NCBI GenBank assembly: GCA_963823665.1
Contig: CAWGMQ010000011.1
Coordinates: 1,056,001 to 1,120,000 of the forward strand
DNA length: 64,000 nucleotides
Origin: an uncultured Planctomycetota bacterium
Lineage (GTDB): Bacteria; Planctomycetota; Planctomycetia; Isosphaerales; Isosphaeraceae
Reading direction: 5' to 3'
Shown here: positions 40,601-52,600 of the stretch, piece by piece
Position numbering within the stretch: position 1 is the first letter of the stretch
Layout of the letters: each line of letters starts with the position of its first letter
Translations under genes and position numbers: made by a program
The notes under the pieces: model-generated
What the model was told of the DNA's origin: nothing
Database searches by the model: none
The model's input: the letters and a program-made list of their open reading frames with translations, nothing else

Positions 40601-43600
40601 TGAGCGCAGTTGCTGTTGACGTGCACCGTGCCCGATTGATTAAAGATGCCGCCGCCGTAGGTATAGGCTGCATTGCTCGAGATCGCTCCGCCGGAGATCG
40701 TGAGCTCGCCCCCGGCGTTGAAGATTCCGCCGCCATTCGAGTCGGCGTAGTTGTTCGAGATCTCTCCGCCGTCGATCTGTACCAAGCCGCCCAAGTTAAA
40801 GATGCCGCCGCCGAAGTCGGCGCCGTTCTGCGAAAGCCCGCTGTTGGTGATGGTCAGGGTGCCGCTCTGAAGATAGATCCCGCCGCCATCGATGCCGGCT
40901 TTGTTGCCCTGGATTGTGCAACCTGCGGTCACATGCACCGCGCCTGATTGATCATAGATGCCGCCGCCGCTTGCGCCGACGGTGTTGTTCGAGATCGCGC
41001 CGCCGGAGATCGTGACCTTGCCGCCCGCGTTGTCGATGCCACCGCCGCTGGCGGCGGTGTTGTTCGAGATCGTGCCGCCGGTGACGGTCAGCGTGCCGCC
41101 CGCCACAAAGATCGCGCCGCCGCCTGAGGCTGCCGTGTTGCTCTCGATGCTGCCGCCGGAGACCGAGACGGTACCACCCGAGTCATAGATGCCGCCCCCG
41201 GCGCTGGTGGCGTTGTTGCTCGAAACCTCGCTGTCGACAATTGACAGCTTGCCGGCGTTAAAGATGCCGCCGCCTCGGGCCGCCGAATTGTCCTCAATGG
41301 TGTCGTTGATCGCCGTGAGCGTTCCGGGGCCGACAGGCCCGCTCTGCACGCAGATGGCACCGCCTGAGCTGGCTGAGTTATCCGCGAGTGTGCTGTTGAT
41401 GATCGTCAAGTCACCGCCCGCAAGCGAGATGCCGCCGCCGTCGTGGTAAGCGGTGTTGCCCGAGACGGCGCTGCCCGTGATGGTCAAGCTCCCGCCCGCC
41501 TGAAAGATTCCGCCGCCGTAGCCATTTTGGGATCGGTTGTTCGTGACAGCGCAGTTGCTGTTGACATGCACCGTGCCCGATTGATTAAAGATGCCGCCGC
41601 CGTCGGTGTAGGCTGCATTGCTCGAGATCGCTCCGCCGGAGATCGTGACTTGTCCCCCGGCGTTGAAGATTCCGCCGCCATTCGTGATGGCAAAGTTGTT
41701 CGAGATCTCTCCGCCCTCGATCCGCACCAGGCCGTCCGAGTTAAAGATGCCGCCGCCGAAGTCGGCGCCGTTCTGCGAAAGCCCGCTGCTGGTGATGGTC
41801 AGGGTGCCGCTCTGAAGATAGATCCCGCCGCCATCGTTGCCGGCTTTGTTGCCCTTTATGGTGCAACCGGCGGTCACGTGCACCGCGCCTGAGTGATCGT
41901 AGATGCCGCCACCGCTCTTGCCCGCGCTGTTATTCGAGATCGCACCGCCGGAGATCGTGACTTTGCCACCCTCGTTGTCGATCCCGCCGCCGCTGGCGGC
42001 GGTGTTGTTCGAGATCGTGCCGCCGGTGACGGTCAGCGTCCCGCCCGCAACAAAAATCGCGCCACCGCCCTTGCCTGCCGTGTTGCCCTCGATGCTGCCG
42101 CGAGAGACCGAGACGGTGCCACCCGGATTCGAGACGGTACCACCCGAGTTATATATGCCGCCCCCGGCGCCCGTGGCGTTGTTGCCCGAAATCTCGCTGT
42201 CGATCAAGGCCAGCTTGCCGGCGTTGAAGATGCCACCGCCGGAGGCCGCCGAGTTGTCAGTAATGACGTCGCCCTTGAGCGTGAGCGAGGCACCACGCTG
42301 GACAACGATGGCGGAGTAACCCGAGAAGTCTTCGATGGTCAGGCCCGAGATGGTCACGTCGGCCGCGGTGATGTCGAAACCGGAAGCCGACAGACCGGTG
42401 CCATAGAGGACTGGGGTCGCACCCTGCGATGCGTCGGCCTCGATGGTCAGGTCGGGGACCGAAACGGAATCGGATTCGTCGTAGCCGGTGCCGGTCTCGA
42501 CCAGGATCGTGTCGCCCGCGACGGCGGCCTTGATGGCGGCCTGGATCGTCAAATAGCCGGTGGCCGCCGTGAATCCATCGTCAGTCCCGGAGGTATTGGC
42601 CGAGTTGACGTAGATCGCGAGCGGCTGCTGGTAGGCCCCGATGAAGACAGCTCCGGCGGCGTAGTCTTGCCGCGGGAAGCCGCGCTGGTCGGTGGTTGGT
42701 ACGTCGATTCCCGGTATGGTGGTGCTTCCGGCGTCCACGGCGGGACTGCCGATCAACAGTGCGATTGTCTCCGTCGGGCCGCCGTTGCCCGCCAGTCCGG
42801 CGGCCAGCCCCGGGTTGCCGGGCCCGAACACAATCGGATTGATCGAGCTGCTCACGGTGCCGGTTCTCGTCTACGCCCACCAGGTTGTTCGAGCTGTTCG
42901 AGGTGATCCCCGTGCCCGCGATATCGTCGGCGCCGGAGGCATCGGTGTTCGTGGCGACGATGGTGTTATAAAGCGTGGCCGTGCCGCCCGTCACATCCAG
43001 GCCGCCGCCCGAGTTGGTGACGGTGTTGTAGGCGATGGTAACGTTGATCGCCGTGAGCGTTCCGGAGCCATCGGGCCCGCTCTGGACCGAGATGCCGCCG
43101 CCTGAGCTGGCTGAGTTGTCCGCGAGCGTGCTGTTGGTGATCGTCAAGCCGCCGCCCGGCAGTGAGATGCCGCCGCCAAAGCCAAGGCCGGATGCGCCGG
43201 GATTACCCGCGCTCGCCATTACGCCATTAGTTCCAGTCGCACCCCTGCCACCCTGTCCACCGGCGCCTCCGACGGCGGAGTTGTCCGCAATCGTGACGCC
43301 GGAGATCGTGACGGCACCGCTGGCGATATACAGACCGCCGCCGTAAGCCGAACCGCCGATACCGCCAGTACCCCCGGCGCCTGGGGCTCCGCCTGCGGTG
43401 ATGGAGCCGCTTGCCCCCTGTTCGCCAACGCCGCCCACGGCTTTGTTGGAGTTGATCGAGACGTTGGAGAGCGTCAAGTTGCCGCCCGAGTCAAAAACTC
43501 CGCCGCCCATGGCGTTGGCGCCAACGGTTCCGATGGCGGAGTTGCCCGCGATCGTGCCCTCGGAGACGGTGACGAGACCACCGGCGAGATAGATGCCTCC

Positions 43601-46600
43601 GCCGCTCTCCGCCGCGTTGGACTGGATCGTGGCGCCGGTGGCATGCACCGTGCCCCCGGCTTCGTAGACGCCGCCGCCGCTTGCGCCGGCGACGTTGTTC
43701 GAGAGCGTGCCGCCGTGGATCGTGACGACGCCGTGCGAGTTGTCAATGCCGCCACCATCGTGACTGGCAGAGTTGTCCGCGAGGTTTCCGCCCGTGATGG
43801 TCAAGCTACCGCCGGCGTGGTAGAGGCCACCGCCGCTGGCCGCCGAGTTGGACCGGATGGTGCTGCCGGTCACGTGTACCGTGCCCGCGGCCTCGTACAT
43901 GCCACCGCCGTTCGTGGCGGCGTGGTTGTTCGAGAGCGTGCCGCCGGCGATCGTGACCTTGCCATCCGCGTAGATGCCGCCACCGTTGCCCGCGCTGTTC
44001 TGCGCGAGGGCGCTATCCGCGATGATCAAGGTGCCGTAAGACTGATAGATCCCGCCGCCGCTCGCCGCCGAGTTGAGCTGGATGGCACCGCCGGTCACGT
44101 GCACGGTACCCGCGCTATCGTAGAGGCCGCCGCCGTCGATGGCGGCGGTGTTGCTCGACAGGGTGCTGTCCGCGACGATCAAGCTCCCGCCCGCCTGATA
44201 AATCCCGCCGCCGTTCGCCGCCGAGTTGGACTGGATGGCGCCGCCGGTCACGTGCAGAGCGCCAACGGATTCGTAGATGCCGCCTCCGTCGGCACCCGCG
44301 ACGTTGTTCGAGATCGCGCCGCCGGAGATCGTGACCGCGCCGCCCGCTTCATCGATGCCGCCGCCGTCGAGCACGGCCGTGTTGTTCGAGATTGTGCTGA
44401 GAGTGACGGTCAGCGTGCCGCCGCCGACAAAAACTCCGCCACCGCCCTGGCCGGCTCCCGCGGTGTTCTGCTCGATGGTGCCCGCGAAGACCGAGACGGC
44501 ACCACCGGAATCAAAGATGCCGCCGCCGGCGAGCGCGGCGGCGTTACCGGCAACCTCGCCGCCGGTAATCGTCAGCTTGCCGCTACCGCCGACGTAGAGA
44601 CCGCCGCCAAAGGGCGCCGAGTTGTCCCGGATGGAGCCCCCGGTCACATGCACCGTGCCCGCAGTGTCGTAGAGGCCGCCGCCCGAGTTGCCGGCCATGT
44701 TGTTCGAGATCGTGCTGTCGGTGACGTTCAGCATTCCGCCGCCAAGATAAAGACCCCCGCCGTACGCAAGGCCGCCGCCTTCGCCCACGGCCTTGTTCGA
44801 GTTGACGGAGACATCGATCAGCTTCAGGACGCCGCTCGACTCAAAGATTCCGCCTCCCAGCGCGTTACCGCCGGATTGGCCGATCGTTCCCTCGGCTCCG
44901 TTTGCGGAGTTGCCGGTGATGGCACCGCCCGAGACCGTGACGACACCACGGGTGACGTAGATGCCGCCGCCGCTCGCTGCCGAGTTGTCCACGATGGTGG
45001 CGCCGGTCCCATTCAGCGTGCCGCCGACCTCGTAGATGCCGCCGCCGTCGCGCCCGGCGAAGTTCTGCGAGAGCGCGCCGCCGCCAAGAGTCACACGGCC
45101 GCCCGCGTCGTCAATCCCGCCGCCGTCTGAGCTGGCGTTGTTCTCTCTCAGGGTGCTGTCCGCGATGGACAAAGTGCCGTTCTCAAGATAGATACCGCCG
45201 CCGTTCGCCGCCGAGTTGAGTAGGATGGTGCAGCCAAGGGCCACTTGCACCCTGCCCGTGGCATCAACGATGCCGCCGCCGTCGATGCTGGCGATGTTTT
45301 GCGAGAGGGTGCTGCCCGCGACCGTCAAGGCGCCGTTCTGAAGATAGATTCCGCCGCCGTTCGTCGCTGTGTTGCCCGTTATGGCGGCGCCCGAGACTTG
45401 TGCCTCGCCCGCGCTATCGTAGAGGCCGCCGCCGTCGGTGCCGGCGGCGTTGTTCGAGATCGTGCCGCCGGCGATCGTGATTGCGCCGTCACCGTCAAAG
45501 ATGCCGCCGCCGTTGAACGTGGCGGTGTTTTGCGAGAGGACATTGTCCGTGATGATCAAGCTTCCGCCCGCCTGATAGATGCCGCCGCCGGAGGCTGCCG
45601 AGTTGAGCTGGATAGCACCACCGGTCACGTGCACGGTGCCCGCGCTATCGTCGAGTCCGCCGCCGTCGATCGAGGCGGTGTTGTTCGACAGAGTGCTGTC
45701 CGTGACGATCAAGCTCCCGCCCGAGAGATAGATGCCGCCACCGTTTATCGCCGAGTTGAGCTCGATGGCGCAGCCGCCTTTCACCTGCGCTGTCGCCGAG
45801 TGATCAAAGATGCCGCCGCCGCGTGAGCCCGCGGCGTTGTCCGAGAGCGCGCCGCCGGAGATCTTGACGTCGCCGCCTGAGTCGTCGATGCCGCCGCCGT
45901 CGACGGTGGCCGTGTTGTGCCAGAGCGTGCTGTCCGTGATGATCAAGCTCCCGCCCGCCTGATAGATTCCGCCGCCGCTCGCTGCCGCGTTGCTCTGGAT
46001 GATGGCTCCGGCCACATGCACCGCGCCCGAGTGGCCAAAGATGCCGCCGCCGCTTGCGCCGGCGACGTTGCTCGAGATCGCGCCGCCGGAGATCGTGACG
46101 TCGCCACCCTCGTTGTCGATGCCGCCGCCGCCCGAGCCGGCCGTGTTGTTCGAGATCGTCACGCCGGTCACGGTCAGTGTGCCGCCCGCTACATAAATCG
46201 CGCCTCCGCCTGAGGCTGCCGTGTTGCCCTCGATGCTGCCGCCGGAGACCGAGACGGTACCACCCGGATTCGAGACGGTACCACCCGAGTTATAAATGCC
46301 GCCCCCGGCGCCCGTGGCGTCGTTCCTGGAAATCTCGCAGTCGATCAAGGTCAGCTTGCCGGCGCTGTCGATCCCGCCGCCGAAAGCCGCCGAATTGTCC
46401 GCGATGACGTCGTCGTCGAGCTTGAGCGAGGCACCCCGCTGGACAACGATGGCGGAATAACCCGAGAAGCCTTCGATCGTCAGGCCCGAAATGGTCACGT
46501 CGGCCTCGGTGATAACGAAGCCGGGAGCCGACTGACCGGTGCCGACGAGGACCGGGGCCGCACCCTGCGACAGGTCGGCCTCAATGGTCAGATCGGGCAG

Positions 46601-49600
46601 GGAAACGACGTCGGATTCGCTGTAGCCGTTGCCGGTCTCGACCAGGATCGTGTCGCCGGCGACGGCGATATTGATGGCCGCCTGGATCGTCGTATAGCCG
46701 GTCGCCGGCGATAACCCGTTGTCAGTCCCGGAGGTATTGGCCGAGTTGACGTAGAGCGTGGTGTTGATGGTCGCGACCTGATGTTCGTAGGCCCCGATGT
46801 CGACAACTCCGGTCGCGTACTCCGGCCGGGGCAAGCCTCGCCCGTCGATCGTTGGTACATCGACATCCTGTATGGTGCTGCTTCCCGCGCCCAAGGCGGG
46901 GCTGCCGGTCAGGAGGGCGATGGTCTCGGTCGGTCCGCCGTTGCCCCCCAGTCCTGTCGCGAGCCCCGGGTTGCCGGCCCCGAACAGAATTGGATTGACC
47001 GAGCCGATCACCGTGCCGGTCTCGTCAACGCCGACCAGGTTGTTCGCGCTGTTCGAGGTGATCCCCGTGCCCGCGATATCGTCGGCGCCGGAAGCATCGG
47101 CATTGAGGGCGACGATGGTGTTATAAAGATCCGCCGTGCCGCTCATCACATCGAGCCCGCCGCCGGAGCCCGTCACGGTGTTGTAGGCGATGGTGTCATT
47201 GGTCGCCGTGAGCGTTGCGGAGCCGTAGGGCCCGCTCTGGACACAGATGGCACCGCCTGAGCTGGCTGAGTTGTCCGCGAGGGTGCTGTTGGTGATCGTC
47301 AAGCCGCCGCCGGCAAGTGAGATGCCGCCGCCATAGCCCAAGCCGGATGCGCCGGGGCTACCCGCGCTCGCCGTTGTGCCGCTGGCTCCAGCAGCACCCT
47401 GGCCACCCTGCCCGCCGACGCCTCCGACTGCGGCGTCGTCAGCGAACGTGCCTCCGGAGATCGCGACGATGCCAGCGGCGATAAACAGCCCGCCGCCAAA
47501 TCCCGCACCACCGGAACCTCCCGCGGCCCCGGCTGCGCCCGGGATGGAGCCGCTGCCGCCCTGTCCGCCCTGTCCGCCCACGGCCCTGTTGGAGTTGATC
47601 GAGACATTGTTCAGCGTCAACTTGACGCCCGAGTCAAAGATTCCGCCTCCCATGCCACTGCCGCCGGCGCCACCGGTTTGACCCGCGGCGCCGGTCATCC
47701 CCACGGAACCGATGGCGGAGTTATCCGCAATCGTGCCGCCGGAGATCGTGACGACACCACCGGCGCTATAGATGCCGCCGCCATTGGCCGCCGAGTTGTC
47801 CCGGATGGTGTCGCCGGTCATATTCAGCATGCCGGAATTGTGGATGCCGCCGCCATTGCCGCCGGTGTTCTGGTTATTCTCGATGATGTCGGTCGCGAGC
47901 GTGAGCGACGCACCGCTCTCGACATCGATGGCGGCCGAACCCGAGAAGTTCTCGATCGTCAGGCCCGAGATGGTCACGCCGGCCGCGGTGACATCGAAGC
48001 CCGGAGCCGACTGACCGATGCCGTCCAGGACCGGCGCCGCATTCTGCGATAAATCGGCCTCGATCGTCAGGTTGGCCACGGAAACCACGTCGGATTCGTT
48101 GTAGCCGTTGCCGGTCTCCACCAGAATCGTGCTGCCGGTACCGGCGGCATTGATCGCGGCCTGGATTGTCGTATAGCCGGTCGCCGGCGTTGAACCGTTG
48201 TCTGTCCCCGAGGTATTGGCCGAGTTGACGTAGATCGTGGTGGGAGGCCTGGTGGCCGCGGGCTGCTGTTCGAAAGCCCCGACGTCGACAACGCCGGTCG
48301 CGTACTCTGGCCGGGTGAACCCGCGCCCGTCGATTGTTGGTACGTCGACACCCGGTATGGTGCTGCTTCCCGCGCCCAGGGCGAGGCTGCCGCTCAGGAG
48401 GGCGATGGTCTCGGTGGGGCCGCCGTTACTGGCCAGTCCCGCGGCCAGGCCCGGGTTGGCGGCACCGACCAGAATCGGATTGATCGAGCTGCTCACCGTG
48501 CCGGTCTCGTCGACACCGACCAGGTTGTTCGAGCTGCTCGAAGTGATCCCGGTGCCCGCGATATCGCCTTCGCCGGAGGCATCGGTGTTCTGAGCGACGA
48601 TGGTGTTATAAAGATTGGCCGTGGCGTCTGTCAGATCGAGCCCGCCGCCGGAGCTGGTTGCGGTGTTGTAGGCGATGGTGTCGTTCACCGCTGTCAGCGT
48701 TGCGGCGCCGTAGTACCAGCTCGGGACGGCGATGCCACCTCCTGAGCCGGCTGAGTTGTCCGCGACGGTGCTGTTGGTGATCGTCAAGCCGCCGCCTGGA
48801 AAATCGATGCCGCCTCCGTACCCAAGGCCGGCGCTTCCCGATGCGCCATTGGTCCCGGCCGCACCAAGGACACCATTGCCACCCTGCCCACCGGCGCCTC
48901 CGGCGGCGGAATTGGCGGCGAACGTGCCGCCCGAGACGGTCACCGTGCCACCGGTGATATAGAGCCCGCCGCCAAATCCCGCGCCACCGCGGCCCCCCGC
49001 AGCCCCGGCTCCGGTTGCGGCTGCGCCTGATGGGGTGGTTCCGCTGCTCCCATGTCCGCCCTGACCGCCCTGACCGCCCACCGCTCTGTTGGAATTGATG
49101 GAGACGTTATTCAATGTCAGGTTGGCGCTCGATTCAAAGATTCCGCCTCCCGTGGCCGTGGCGCCCTGGCCACCGGTTTGACGCGTGCCGCCCGTCCACC
49201 CCGCCGCACCGACGGCGGAGTTGCCCGCAATCTTGCCGCCGGAGACCGTGACGACACCACCGGCGATATAGATGCCGCCGCCCTTGGCCGCCGTGTTGTC
49301 TAGGATGGTGCTGCCGGTCAAATTCAGCGTGCCTGAATCAAAGATGCCGCCGCCGTTGCCGTTCGCGTTCTGGTTCTTCTCGATGATGTCGTCGACGAGC
49401 GAGAGTGAGTCACCGCGCTGGACAAGAATGGCGGACGAACCGGAGAAGTTCTGGATCGTCAGGCCCGAAATGGTCACGCCCAGAGCGGTGACGTCGAAGG
49501 CGGGAGCTGACTGACCGGTGCCGTCCAGGATCGGGGTTTGCCCTGCCGCGGCCTCGATGGTCAGATCGGGTATGGAAACGGAATCGGATTCGTTGTAGCC

Positions 49601-52600
49601 GTCGCCGGTCTCCACCAGAATCGTGTCGCCGGCAACGGCGGCATCGATGGCGCTCTGGATTGTCGTATAGCCGGTCGCCGGTGTTGACCCGTCGGCCGTC
49701 CCGGTGTTGGCCGAGTTCACGTAGATCGGGACGATTTCCGTCAGCGAATTCTGGCCCGAGGTGAAGTCACCGTCAGCGATAAAGAACGCGATGATCACGT
49801 TATTCCCGTCCACCAAGCTTGTCGAAGGCAAAGTGGCCGTGGCCGTGCCCGATGCGAGCATGACGCCGCCGGGCGTGAGATCGGTACCGGTCGTTGAGTC
49901 GTAGAAGTCGACCGATCCGCTCGGTGCAACGAGGCTGGGAACGCTCGCCTGGACCGCTGCCGTCAGGGTGACGTCCTGGCCCGGGAGCGGGAAAATCGCC
50001 GAGCTGGACAAGGTGATCGAGGTCGGGATGGATTCCGCGACGCCGTTCACTTCAAATGTGTCGCCAAACTCGGGCACGCTGTTGCCCGTGGTATTCCGGA
50101 CGAAGTCGCCGCCACCGTTTACGTCGAGCGTGTTGCCGCCGAGATCGTCGGGAGTACCGAGGTCGAGTTTGCCGCTGCCGGTGATGCTGATGGCCGGTTC
50201 CGAGAAGCCGGTCGATGACTCGATGACATCGTTCCGCAGGATCAGGTTGCCGCCGGTGACCAGGATGGTCGGGGAGTCCGAGTCGGTGGTGAAGGTCGCG
50301 CCGGAGACGATCACCGTTCCTTGTGTGACCACGAGCGCCGGTGAGTGGCCGGCGAACGTCGTTGTGGTGCCGTTGCCGGTCACGACCACCGTCACTCCGG
50401 CCGGAGGATTGAACGACGAGTCGTTGAAGGAGCCGCTGCCGAGGTTGACGGTGATCGTGACCGGGGTTGTCTGCGCCGTGAGAGCGTTCACGGCCGAGCT
50501 AACGGCCTGCAAAATGGTGTTCGTCGACGCCACCAGGGTGGGCGAGGACGTTGCGGTGATTGCCGCGGCGAGATTTGCGGCCGTCACGGGGCTGACCACC
50601 TGGCCGCCCGAAAGGGTGCCGGAGCTCGAGCCGAAGTTGCCGGTGGCGCTCGAGTAGACCGCCGTGACGGCGTGAGGGCCGGCAGCCAGAAGAATATCGG
50701 AGCTGGCAGCAGTGCCGACGATCACCGGCGCCGGCGCGCCAGCTTGGTCCCGTCCACGCTGAACTGCACACTGCCGTCAGTGGCTGGACTCGTGGAGCCC
50801 GTGATGTAAACCGTGGCCGTGAAGACGACGGGCTGTGTGGGGCCCGCCGGGTTCAACGAGGTGACCACCGTCGTGGTGGTTGCCGCGGCCGCGACGTTCA
50901 ATCTCTCGTCCACGGGAACCGCTTGGAAATACGTGGCATTCCCTGGCTGCGAGGCCTCGATCACCACCGTGCCCGCTCCGGTGATCGTGAGGACGTCGCC
51001 CGCAACGGTTGCCGGTCCCGACTTGACGGCGAAAATGGTCCCCAGGCCCGACGAGGCGGTCGCAGTGAGCGTGATGGGAGCGGCACCGAAGGTCTCGCCG
51101 GCGGGCGCAGCGAAGCTCACCGTCTGGCTCTTCGTGCCGTTCGGCGTCTCATAGGCGCCGATATCCACCGTACCGTTCAAGATGCGCGGGAAGCCCGTGC
51201 CCCGCTGATCGGTGGTGATGCCTGAGGGGATCAACCCGTTATTGCCGTCGTTAATGGCCGGGCTGCCGAGAAACAAGGGCATCGTCTCGGTCGGGCCGCC
51301 GTAATATCCGAGCAGACCGAGATTGGCGGCGAGCGGCGAGGCGACGGTGCCCGTCAAGTCTTTATCGGCGCCGGAGGCGAGCCAGCCGGTGCTGCCATCC
51401 GTCTTGCCGATCAAGTTGGTCCCCTGGGAGTTAACAAATCCAGAGACATCGGGCGCGCCGTTGGTGGCCATGTTCCCCGCCACGATCGTGTTGCCGATGT
51501 GCATATGAAACCCATGGTAGTAACTTCCCCGGGTTTGAATGCCGCCGCCGTAGCGGGCGGAGTTGTCGCTTACTGTGCAGTCGATGAGGGTCGCCTGTCC
51601 AAAGGCCCACAGGCCTCCGGCGTTTGCCGAGGCGGTGTTGCCGCTGACGGTGCAGTTGGTCAGTGTGGCTACGCCTTCGAGCACGAAGACGCCCCCGCCG
51701 TCCCCAAAGGCGCCGGTGGCTTGGTTGACGCTGACAGTGCAGTCGAGGAGCGTGGTCGGGCCGGCGCCGGCGGCGAAAATGCCGCCCCCGCTTTGTGCCG
51801 TGTTGCCGCTGACGGCGCTGTTGATCAGCGTGGTCTTGGCGCCCGAGGTGTAGCCGGCAGTGCTGTCGGTATCCACGCCGCCGCCTTCGGTTGCCGAATT
51901 GTTGCTGACGGTGCAGTTGGTCAGCGTCACCGTCGTGCTCACGGCCCCGTCGTTTTCAAGGCCGCCGCCAAGGTGGGCGGAGTTGCCGCTGACGGTTGAG
52001 TCATTCAATGTGATCGTGCCGTAGTTGTAGTTCTCGATGCCGCCGCCGCGGCCGAAAGTGCCGGTGGCCATGTTGCCGCTGACCGTGCAGTTGGTCAGCG
52101 TGGCCGTACCTGGTTGGGAAGAGGCAAGGCCGACGTTGTATAGACCGCCGCCGCTGAACGCTTTATTGCCGCTCAGGTTGGAGTCGAAGAGCGTGGTCGT
52201 GCCGAACTCGTTGTTTACGCCGCCGCCGACTCCGGCCATATTGTCGCTCAAGGTGGAGTTGGTCAGCGTGGCCGTACCCTCCTTGTTGTACAGTCCACCG
52301 CCGCCGTTGCTGGCGGTATTGCCGCTGACGGTGGAGCTGGTCAGCGTGGTTGTACCTCCATCGTTGAACACGCCGCCGCCTGCGCTCTGAGCGGTGTTGT
52401 CGCTGACGATGCAGTCGGTCAGCACGGTCGAGCCATTGTTGTAGGTCATCAGCCCGCCGCCGATGGTGGCGGAGTTGCCGCTGACGGTGCAGTTGGTCAG
52501 GGTCGTCGTGCCGCCGTAGCTGGCCAGACCGCCGCCGTCGATCGCGGTGTTGCCGCGGATGGTGACGCCGCGGAGATAGGTCGTGCCGCCGGCATCAAAC

